DNA from: Phoronis australis
Lineage: Eukaryota; Animalia; Phoronida
Length of the DNA stretch: 64,000 nt
Direction: 5' to 3'
Assembly: GCA_002633005.1 (NCBI GenBank)
Contig: NMRA01000093.1
Location: forward strand, 975,366 to 1,039,365
A program made the position numbers and the translations under genes. Under the pieces are notes generated by a model, which did no database searches, was not told the origin of the DNA, and was given only the letters and a program-made list of their open reading frames with translations. Position 1 is the stretch's first letter. Every line of letters starts with the position of its first letter. Below, piece after piece: positions 50,643 through 61,503 of the stretch.

Positions 50643-53045
50643 GTAAGTCGACTAAAGTGATAGGCCTATTCTATTGGAATTATTATTGACCCTGGTCTAA
50701 AAAAATTAAGTGAAATCTGTTGAGCCTACATTTGCTATAATAAAACTGAAGTATGTTTGTTGATGTTAAGCAAGGTTATCAATATCATGGCATTCGTAAG
50801 TCAAACCCTGTAGTGTAGCTGTAGAGTGTAGTACTGTACTAGTCTCTGCATTTAGCCAAAATATTTACAGATTACTCCAACCTAGTAGACACTCTAGGAA
50901 TGATATAATTTCTAATTGTTGAAAGTCAATAGAGTTTGATTTTAGTCTGTATATTTTCTGTGTGGTGTTAACTTAGCTGAGTAATGCGATCATGTATTGT
51001 TTGATTTAAATAAAGGTAAAATCACAAAAAACATGTTACCAGTTTTCTAAATTATCTGGATTAGAACAAACAATTTGAGTAAAAATTAACAAGCAAGCCC
51101 TGCAGTGTTTAAGCTCTTACTAAAGTAAACACTTAAGTTGGTTGTTACTAGTTCTCATGGAGAATATTGTACAGTATTGTTCAGCATTCATATACTGTAT
51201 TGAGTTAATGAATTTTGTGCCATTTAGTATGCATCTAGTTGTAATGACTTCCTTTCAGTTTAGCAAAAGTTCATAACATTGCGTCGTGAAATTTCTCTTG
51301 TAGTTGTGGTGTGTATGCTGTTGCTGTTCTACCTCATTAGCCGCTGGCTAAGACTCTGCAGTCATATAGCATGATGCCAAAAGCTTGTCTTGCTGCATGC
51401 CTTCAATTCGGTATAGTATAATTTGCAGCACTGGGGGTTTGTACGGAAAACTTCTTCATGATAACGAGTCGCATATTCTCATGTGTTCAGTGTCCTGAAA
51501 TCAAGTTGTGATATCTGAGTGATACTCTAGACCGGATGGGGATTTGCCTGCATTAGAATAATTAGTTCATTGTAATATGGACAGTCTAGGCTCATGCTAG
51601 ACATTTGCCACCATTGGCGAGTTCTGAGTGGCACTGGCGACAGTATAGCTAAGTCCATTCGCCAACTTGGCGAATGATTTTGAAGCTTAACCATAAAAAT
51701 TAATTTCGGGGAAACCTACTTGTGTGTCGACTCACTGTCAGTTCGAATCAAGTCGTGCGATGAACAGAAGACTGTTTTTCCGCAGCAAACGCGATCCAGT
51801 CTCTCAATAACTTTTTACACTCACAACGTGGTGTGAGCGAGTCTGAAGTATTTTAATGCCGTTGAAAAGTACCCAGGGCATGAAACTGACCTGATTTGAG
51901 ATATCTCAAACATGCAATATGAACTCAACCTTTAAATTTACTATTTTCACATTACGCGAATCTCTCCTTATTCTTTAAGTAACTTTACCAGTTTCAGCTC
52001 ACAATTTGTCGGGTCAAATATTAATCAAGACTAGACACTGGTAGTTTTTTTCAAATCAAAATACGCAACCTGTCATATCTAATCAGCTCGCTAAATGTCA
52101 TAATTGTAAAATCAGGGCCCTCAATTATCCAAGAGGAAAGGTGCCTTGCTAATTTTTTTAGGTCAACATCATTTCAATGACCATGTGACCGGCGAACACA
52201 CGCAGTAACTCTGGTATAGGGGGAGCCATGTCCAAACTTCTTATATCGTAATAACACCCATGGTGGCTGACATTCCCTCCAACTTAATAGGTTGCTTTAT
52301 GATCTTGGAATGTTGATAATTTGTTGTTTTTTTTGCTAAGGCAGATGTCTTTTCTTATTGTACACTTATGAAAAGGACCTGTGCATAACATGAAAAATAT
52401 CAACTTCGTTCAGTGTAACTGTGTTTTTGTCAATTGCTGGGGTTGGGAAAAGAGAAAGTACTTAGCCAATAATTTTGAAAATGGTTTAATACCTTTAAAA
52501 CTCTAGTGTGAACTGTGAACCTAGAAATGTTGCATATTGGAATACGACCGTTTTGCTCATAGTTGTGCTTGTGGTTAGGCCATTTGTGTAAGGGCTCTGT
52601 ATATTCTCATTTTGCCTGCGAATTTCTTGCATACTTTGCAAATAGTCAGGTACTATAAATCTCGACTTCTATTGTGTTTCCTTTTTTCTTTGAATTGAGC
52701 ACACTGAGCAGTTTTGAAGGCCAACGTTGTTGTTGAGGTTTTCAATCGTTCAATTTACTTTTCAGTTTTACTACGTTTAATCTGTTCTCTGGCTTCGCAC
52801 CATGGGTACTATTCATCATAAGTATATGGAGAAGGATCTTGAAGCAGCAATCAATCCAAGAATAGCCGTGACATCTCTGATGAAAAGTGTCAAAAAATGA
52901 TTCAAATGCTGAGAGGTGAGGAGGGGTCAGACGGCCTAGTCAGTTTTCCCAAAATCAAGTGGTGGATTGGAAATGAGCATATCCACCTGCTATAACTACT
53001 TGGTTCGAATGTCACTGACAGGCTGGCTATTCCCACAAGAAGGTA

Positions 53046-53526
53046 CCGTAAACCTGCGGGTTAACACCCTGGGCGCTTAGATTGGGAAACCCTTAGACAA
53101 AGGGGGTGGGCCATTAGCCAAGCAGTGGGCACTTAAACGGAAAAATTGGCAAAAAGTCGTGGGTGGGCAATTACCCAAGCAGTGACCGCTTATGTCCAAG
53201 TTCTAGCAGAAGTGGGGAAGTTTGCAGATTGTTCATTCAAGCACGAAACTTGTATGGTCGAACAGCAGGACCTAACAACCACAGCGTGCTGCAAGATGTC
53301 ATACCACGGAGCTTGAATGTCATTCTGTACCCGCATGGGTTTGAGTGTAAGTTCTGTAAGCGGTATGTTGGGGATGGGCGATTACCCGAGAGATGGATGC
53401 TTACGTAGAAATTAGCACAAAGTAAGGGATGGGTGATTACCCAAGCGGTGGGCGCTTAAACTGAAATTGACCAAAAATCAGGATGGGCGATTACACGGGC
53501 ATGGGCGTTAACCCGCAATTTTGCGG
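53046..53526. mobile_element. Tc1/mariner-type MITE with internal short repeats
   Basis: TA|CCGTAAACCTGCGGGTTAAC ... GTTAACCCGCAATTTTGCGG|TA; repeated tgggcgattacccaagc.gtgggcgctta motif. Confidence 0.7.
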
Positions 53527-54679
53527 TAATTGAAATGGAACATCCGACTGTGATAATGATGAGTCACGTAGTTTTGATTATGTGTTTTTGTTATACATGT
53601 GTTTTAAGGAGTTACACCACCAACTTGTATGACCACTAAGGTATGTGTGAATATCTGTTATTTGTATTTATGCATGTGAATTGTTTTGATAGGCTGTAGC
53701 TTCATCCATCATGCAGTCTGTCCTCAGCGTCGTCAAAGCAAGAGGAGTCAGCAGCATACGTCGTGTCCACGCAACATTGTCCATGTCATCTGCACACAGC
53801 AGGTACTTTATTGCAGCAGACTTCTTGGATTCAAATGCAAAGATGTTTCTATACTTACAAGTCGATTTAATGTCCAACAAAATACTGTAAACGTTTTATG
53901 GCAGTTTGATGTGTGTGTCTAGGAGTTATACTACACACCTGCATAAATTTGTCACTGTCTTACAATCATACTTGGAGCAAAAAATTACAAGACTAGTGAA
54001 GTACATTCTGAATATAACTAACCTATACTTTTTACGGACAGCTTTGATGATGCAATTTCCTTATTTGTGTGTGCATGTAGGAGTTACTGGTGCATATCTG
54101 AATAAGATAGATTTTAGATTAACAGTTTCTGATACGAAATTGATTGCTTGATATTGCATTAAAAGTCTGCATTCTGGGAAATTAGTGGGAGAAAAACAGT
54201 TTGTGAAATTGGCTGATTGGAATCGCTAAATGATGTACTTGGGAGTTGTGATCTTGACCTCAAGCAACTTGAAGAAACTGACTGGAAGCGCATGCGTGCA
54301 TTTATCATAAGTGTGACGGACATTAGAAACTGTGTGGTAACCACAGAGTTTTCCTTCATGTGCATCATTCAAAATCTTGATTTTTGTGATTTCTTCTGAA
54401 AATGTCCTCACATGTTAATGTGAAATGCTCTACTAGACGTCAGCAATTGTTGACGAGCATTCACTTGCCTCTTTAAAGAGAAGTGGAAATTTGTCCCATT
54501 ATCAGAAATTCATAACAACATATTATGCTGATTTCTTGATTTTTTGTGTACTGTTAAACTTTTGATTTTCTTCTTTTCCAGCTGTGTTGCTGTTTAGACA
54601 AGTCTTCTTCAAGATTACAACACACACGCTTCTGATGTTTTCAAATGGGTACCTAAAAATGCTAGTTCTTTGGCTCTTG

Positions 54680-55640
54680 TATATAATCAAGTAAGAAAAC
54701 ATCTGTTTATGGTCCCTAAATTTTCAATACACATTGAGAAAAATATTTTATACAATTTCAGAATTGTAGATTTTGAAAAAGGTTGCGTATTAGAATATTT
54801 GGGACTTCAGTTGCGGCCTCAGTTATCCTAGCTTTTTGCTTCTCACATTTAACCAAGTTAAGGATTATGTGTTTTTGTCTTCAAGGCTTTCATTAGACAT
54901 TATGAATGTCTTCTGTACCAAGTTTCGTAGATGGGCTCCAACAATTGTTGATTTTGAAAGCGATTTTGGTTTGAATATGTAGTAATATTTGTGCAAATTT
55001 CATTATTGGTTCCAGCCATGTTAGCTTTTTGGCTCTCAAAGGTAATCAAGTTAAGGAACCTGTGGTTTTGTCTCCAAGACTTTCATTAGACATGATGGAT
55101 ATGTATTGTACCAACTTTCGCTGATGTGCTCCAAAATTAGATTTTGAAAGCGATTTTGGTTTGAATATGTAGTAAAATTTGTGCGAATTTCATTTAAGGT
55201 TCCAGCCATGTTAGCTTTTTGGCTCTCAAAAGTAATCAAGTTAAGGAGCCTGTGGTTTTGTCCCCAAGGCTTTCATTAGACGTGATGAATATGTACTGTA
55301 CTAACTTTTGCAGATGTGCTCCAAAAATTGTAGATTTTGCAAGCGATTTTGGTTTGAATATGTAGTAAAATTTCTGCAAATTTCGTTATTGGCCCCAGTC
55401 ATGTTAGCTTTTTGCTTCTCACAGTTTACCAAGTTAAAGACCATGTGTTTTGTCTCCAAGAGTTACATTAGACATTGTGAATATGTACTGCACCATCTTT
55501 CGTAGATGAGCTCTAAAAATTGAAGATTTTGAAAGTGATTTTGGTCTAAGTTTGTACAAGTTTACGAATTCTAGCTGTGGCTATATTTATGCTAGGTTTT
55601 TGGCTTTCATATTTTATCAAGTTATAGAACACCTGTTTTC
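54680..55640. repeat. Tandem repeat, ~190-bp unit, ~5 copies
   Basis: gattttgaaagcgattttggtttgaatatgtagtaa recurs at ~54770, 54950, 55140, 55333 and 55526; central copies are the most similar. Confidence 0.9.
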
Positions 55641-57087
55641 TTGTAAAATATTTACATATAAATGAAAACTTGTCTGAGCATGTTTCACTGCTAACCAATA
55701 AACTTATAGGTCAAAAATTTTTGATTGGGATTCTTTGGCGAATCAAGTTAACCTCCACACAGAAAATTGAGGGGGTAATAATTCTTCAACTTCAGTTATG
55801 TCACACAACATTTCTAGGTAAGGTCCATTTCGTTTATCGGCCTACAAAGAATTCCGGGCTATAGAAAAATCAGTTATTTTTACAATGCACTGAGATAATT
55901 CCTTGAAGGACATTTTAAACTGGATTGGTAACCGAGAATAAGTGGGAAACATTAAATATTAAGCCAAAATCGATGGAATATCACTTATTTAGGGGTCTGT
56001 ATTAGTGCAGTGTTTAAATATACACTCACACACACACACCCGTATATACCTAAAGGGTAGGCCCCTATGCCTTCGTTGTATGAAAAAAAAACAAGCGTCG
56101 ATTCCAGTCTTTCTGGTGCCTGCCAGAACTTAAAGTCACATTTCGAGTACGTTGAATTATTTTCAGTTTGACGTTTTTGCGATTTTGCAAACACGTTTAA
56201 TCAAAAATAGGGTACTAAATTCTCAAGTTGACTCAAACCGCGTCACGTGGCGTCGGACCGAACTCGGTAAACTTCGCCCGAGTGTCGCTGTTTGTGTAGA
56301 TGACAGGATTGTGCATACGATAAGAGGAGGATGTTATTCATAAAGCACGCGCGTGGTGGCTACAACTAAGGGTAACAAGTGAGTCCAGAAGTGAATGTCT
56401 ATACCTAAGCATAAAAGTCTAGCCCCAAGACCTAAGTAAGCTTCATATTAATGTAAATAACAACGAGAGAAATCCCAAAAAGTAGTGCTGTGTGAATGCC
56501 TTAAACTCGGCCAAGAAACACAACAGCAGAAAATTTGAGATTTGTTATTCTGCTGTTTTTGGTTTAATTGCAACCATAGTACGGTAGAAGTGTAGGCATT
56601 TTCAAATTTTGATCGTCAAATTTGCAAATATGTTGTTCAACCAGTGTCCACTTTGATTGTTGGATGGATTGACATGCATGCGTGCACACGTTTGAACATT
56701 TCTGTTCTTTTAAATTCGGTACATGCTGACAGTATTAAGTTCATTATAGTCCTCCGTCGTGCTAAAAGCCAGACCTTCAACTGCTGTGTTTTCTTGCACT
56801 GAGAATACACCGTTGAGCATTTTCACGTTATGATCATGAGATGCAAAGGTAGGCATAGACCTCAACTTTGGTCAATGAAAATCTTCTCTAGTCAATCAAT
56901 GTCAATGGTGCACAACCCCGCAGACTTCATACCAGCCACAAACTAGATGGAAAAGATTTCCAGGGTTCCATGTCACTATGACGAAGGTTCAATACTCCGA
57001 AGGTCCAGTACTCAGAATGCCCATTACTCCGAAGGTTCGTTATCTTCTAAAGATCACTACTTTGAATTTCCACTATTCCAAACCCTG

Positions 57088-57475
57088 GGCCCGGTCTCTA
57101 ATCTTTGTACTCGAAACGAACTGGAAATTATTTTTGGCAATTTCTCTACTCCTTTTGTGCGAACTCAAGATAAGTGGTGATCAGATTGTGCTCGAATAAT
57201 TATAGTTCATGCATATGAGTTTCTAGTCCAAGTTTGCACTTAAAAACCCTTACATGCGTACTACAAACTCGAAATTTCGAGTTTAAACTCAAACTTTTAG
57301 CTTTAATGTTGGTTTTGTCAACTGAACAATATGACTAATCAATCATCCACGTAAGTCATTATGTATTCGAGCATTGAGTAATGGACACTTATCTTGAGTT
57401 CGCACAAAAGTAGATTAAAAAATGCCAAACATTATTTCGAGTTCCATTTCGAGTAAAAAGATTCGAGACTGGGCC
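57088..57475. mobile_element. PIF/Harbinger-like MITE
   Basis: GGCCCGGTCTC...GAGACTGGGCC with ~60-bp imperfect TIRs, flanked by CTG/CAG (CWG-type target). Confidence 0.6.
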
Positions 57476-58679
57476 CAGAATTCCGACAGTTCACTATTTT
57501 GGTTGTGTGATCACGACTCATTCTCAAGCAGAGACAACATCTGGGGCACGGCTGCGGCGACCAACGGCGGTTTCAATTTAAGAAGACTAAATGGGACTCC
57601 CCGACTTCATGAGGACTGGCAGGGACAGGGTGGCCTAGTAACTTCATTTAGTTTCGACCCGGCCGTGTGCGTCGCGCTGCGATTCGATCTTGACATGAAT
57701 TTGATGAATTGTATCTTGGCTGATGATTCATCAGTATTCCTACTTCATATCATTTTAAAATGCAAGTGCGTTCTCATTTTAAGACATGCGGGCAATTTCG
57801 CATGCGCATGAATTCTGCCAGACTACCGTTTCTAGTTGTGCTGGCCAGCTGGAGACGGTGGTCACTGTCTACATAAAACCCAAAGTGTTTTAGTGCCCGG
57901 ACGTTGTTTTCGGTATAGGTGCATCTAATAGCCGAAATATCGTTTATTTTAAAATGCAAAAGTTCAAAAATCACATCTGAGTCTGAAAGTATAGATATGT
58001 TTGGAGCGGTGAATCTTCGGAGTGATGAATCGTTGAAGGAATAGTCAGGGAACCTTCCGAGTAGTAAACTTTCGAAATAGTGGGATGTCCCCATCTCCAG
58101 CGATGTAAGCAACTTAAGTAACACGCTAAAATACAACCAGATATACAATTTTGTTAAGTCATTCGCCAACTAGACTTCATATTTCCGTCTGAGTAGCCAT
58201 CAGGTGTAATCACTCATTTAAGCATGGCTGATTTGAAACTTCGACAGGAAATAACGCGAGAATGTTCTCTTTTTGGACCACATTACATCCTAATTTGTGT
58301 CCCGTTCTTTGCGAGCAACCGTCACAGCATCCTCGTATCTGGTATTACAAATTCCGTCTCATCTCATGAACATGAGTCGTCGTCATGTATACAGATTCCC
58401 CTTCCCCCTAATTCAAAGCTGCGTCAAAGGCATCGCCGAAAACTCTATAGTGTCGACGTTTGCAAAATACCAAGATCCACCGTTCTTGAAATTCGAACCA
58501 CCATGTTCGCTACGTACAGTACCTAAACAGGATATATGCATTTCATTAGAGAGATAGGGACGTGTAAAAAAGTAGCCCCTACATCGATCAAACCTCTGCA
58601 CGCTACTGCCCCACCGCTAAAAATGACTGTAAAGTATCTTTTGTTGCATGCAGAATGTTGCTCGACATTATGCAAATGG

Positions 58680-59340
58680 TTTTAAGCGGTTACCTGGCGN
58701 TAATACCTGGGCTTACGGGGAATATTTTGCAACTGATTTTATGTGATTACCTCTTGGATTGATCTAGCTCAATTCAGGTATTTGGGTGTGTCTGGCGGGG
58801 CTAACCCACCACTAGATTTGTCTGGCAGTGTTCATTCGTGATACCTGGGGTTACGGTGAATATTTTCGAACTGGTTTTAAGCGGTTACCTCTTGGGTTGA
58901 TGTAGCTCAATTTTTAACCCTTTTTGATAATCGTCTGGCAGGGGCACCCCACCACTGAAATTGTCTGGCAGCTAACTGTTGTGCCATGATCAGTGATGCT
59001 GAACATCGTGCAATTGGTTTCAATCGGCTACCTGATAGGTTGATCTAGCTCAATTCAGGTATTTGGGCGTGTCTGGCGGGGGTAACCCACCACTAGATTT
59101 GTCTGGTAGTGTTCATTCGTGATACCTGGGTTTATAGTGAATATTTTGCGACTGATTTCAAGCGGTTACCTCTTGGATTGATCTAGCTCAATTTTTGTAC
59201 CCTGTATATGTTCGTCTGGCGGGTACTCCCCACCACTGAAATTGTCTGGCAGTGACCAATTTTGATACAATGGATGACGTAGCAGGTATCGAAGGCAGTT
59301 TTAAGTGGTTACCAGAAAAGTTGATCTAGCTCAATTTTTT
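58680..59340. repeat. Tandem array, ~140-bp monomers in ~281-bp dimers
   Basis: gatctagctcaatt at ~58761, 58899, 59042, 59180 and 59324 with alternating A/B variants; a distantly related inverted array lies at ~60970-61560. Confidence 0.85.
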
Positions 59341-59589
59341 AGTGTAATTCTCTTGGCTCTCCTGATCACACCCACCAGAGCGAACCTGCCAGACAGCCAT
59401 TTCCAAGCATCAGGATACCCACAGAGCACTGTGGCACCAAAGAAAATTGGTTACCTTTTCATGCCCAAAAAAGCTCTGGGATCCCGGTCTATTATTGTCC
59501 ATTGCAGAATCTCCACATTCTGTACAGCCTAATTTGTCCAGTGCATTTCGTTACAAAGTCAAACAAACAGACAATCCTATTCAATCAAC

Positions 59590-59800
59590 AAGTGACACTG
59601 ATAATGATTCACCAGAGATTAAATCAAAACCTGTAGTCACAAGGACAGGAAGGGAAATCAAGAAACCCTCCAGGTTTAATGATTATATAACTTCTTGACA
59701 GTAAGTGTGTATTGCTGAGTATCAGTTTGCAAGAATAGCAACTTTTGTTATTTGATTAGTCTGTTATTGTATGGTTATTTGTTTATTATTTTAGCACTTA
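59590..59800 (+). mobile_element. Gypsy 3' remnant (integrase C-terminal tail)
   Basis: KPVVTRTGREIKKPSRFNDY* matches the TRSGR...P.R..DY tail common in Gypsy pol. Confidence 0.5.
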
Positions 59801-59849
59801 GCTGATAGTCTTGTTGAGTGAAACATCTGTTAGGATGGTAATTTGTTTA

Positions 59850-60826
59850 TCGTGGTTAACAGTTGTTAATTCGGGGCCGGTCCAGGTCCGAATTAATCCA
59901 CGAAAAATAGTGAAAGACTCTGTTCTGCGCAACACATTCGGTACACTGTTGCGGACCTGAGCAGCCTTGAAGCGAAGATTTTTTAACATATTTAACAGAT
60001 TTAACTTGAGGAATACCTAAAAGGTTGCTGTACCGAAAGGAGTAATTGTTTTCTTGCTTCTTTAAGAGTGAAAAATGTGTTTTGGGTGATTTTAAATACT
60101 TCTATTGCAATAAGTCATCAGTTTGTGTAGATGAAGGGGTGGTTTGTTAACGAGTGAGAGTAGTTGTTCGTGCGTGCCAACGTCGCCGTTGTAAACAAAA
60201 CGGAGGGCTCTGAGTTGAAGTTTTTCTAGTGTGAGTGTATTTTCTTTCGAGCAAAAATGCCATGAGAGGGGGCAGTAGTTGAAATTTGAAAGGATGAAAG
60301 AGTGACAAATGACAAGTCTGCCGTTTATCGTAAGGTGGTGTCCAATTCTTCTTAGAACGTTTATTTGCTGTCAGGCTTTTTGCAAATGTCTGAAATATGG
60401 GAGTCAAAAGTTAGATTGGTATCAAAGGCTATTCCTAGAGGTTTAACTTTCAGTTCACACGGTATGCTTGACAGTTTCCAATGGAGATGCTTTTACAAAA
60501 TGTGTTCATTTATACTATGCAGATTTGCTTGGAATTTGTCAGGATTTTCTTGCATGCCATTTACAGCGAACCAGTTGATGAGTGAATCCGGCGCTATCTT
60601 GTCTTAGGGTTTTAGTAACGGAGATTGGGTTGTTGTCTTCTGCGTAGTTGATGAGGGTAGATTTTTTTCGGCACAAAGAAGAACTTGATGTCATTGATCA
60701 AGATATTGACAAGAAGGAGTCCGCCTAGGATGGATTCTTGAGGAACTCCCTTGTATACTTAGCCCCATTCACTGGAGTGTTGGCCTAGTGTCACTTGTTG
60801 TTTCCTGTTGGAGATTCCCAAGAAGG
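59850..60826 (-). mobile_element. 5'-truncated L2/CR1-group LINE reverse transcriptase fragment
   Basis: Across frameshifts: NRKQQV...GVPQESILG...INDI...NYAEDN...NWFAVNGMQENPDKFQ...LGIAFDTNLTFDSHISDICKK...FILSNFNYCPLSWHFC...LEKLQLRALRFVYN. Confidence 0.9.
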
Positions 60827-61378
60827 ACCTACGGCATTGTCATCAAATCAGATGGGAGTGGGACCGGCAGCCTAGAAGCACTTAGCATAGATGAACGAGG
60901 TACCAACATCTGACCACGGAAGCATTTAGAGTCCACCTTGAGTATGTACAGAAATGGACGTCTGCCGTTGTCTGCACTCTGGGTGTGACCCCTGGGGGCC
61001 ATACAAAGGGCCCAAAAATGAGCTAGACTAGATATTTGAGGTACCAACTAAAACTGATTTAAAACGAACAAAAGTACCGCACTGAACACCAAATGATCCA
61101 TGACAGACAAATTGTACTCTGGAATGGGTCCGGCAGAAACCAAAAAAGACCCCCCCCAAAAAAAAATGAGCTAGCACATACATTCGAGGTACCACACAAA
61201 ACCAATTCCATATGAATCAATACTTCAGTCACAGATCACTAAATGCCCTATGACAGACAAATTACTCTCTGGATTGTGCCCGGCAGAAACCCCCACAAAT
61301 CTCAACCATGGTATGCCATCAAAAGTTTGAGCTAGACTAGATTTCGAGGTACCGGCCAAAACTGATTTTAAACGAACA

Positions 61379-61503
61379 ATGATGACCCGTATTGGAATGA
61401 CGTCATCATTCCAATACGGGCCGCCCGTATTGGAATTCCAATACGGGCCGTTCAGTCCCGTATTGGAATATTCCAATACGGGCCAGATTCCAATACGGGC
61501 CAG
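61379..61503. repeat. Multi-palindrome insert built from CCCGTATTGGAAT units
   Basis: Seven copies of the motif (three forward, four inverted) forming three hairpins; interrupts a monomer that is intact at ~61065. Confidence 0.85.

Noticed and set aside
52760-54400. Possible exons on the + strand (52.8, 53.7 and 54.2 kb)
   Set aside because: No consistent frame, splice phase or recognisable domain.
57422-58601. Duplicated ORFs (57774/63640, 58297/63202) as a gene pair
   Set aside because: Explained by the inverted repeat; indels shift frames between the arms and there is no domain similarity.
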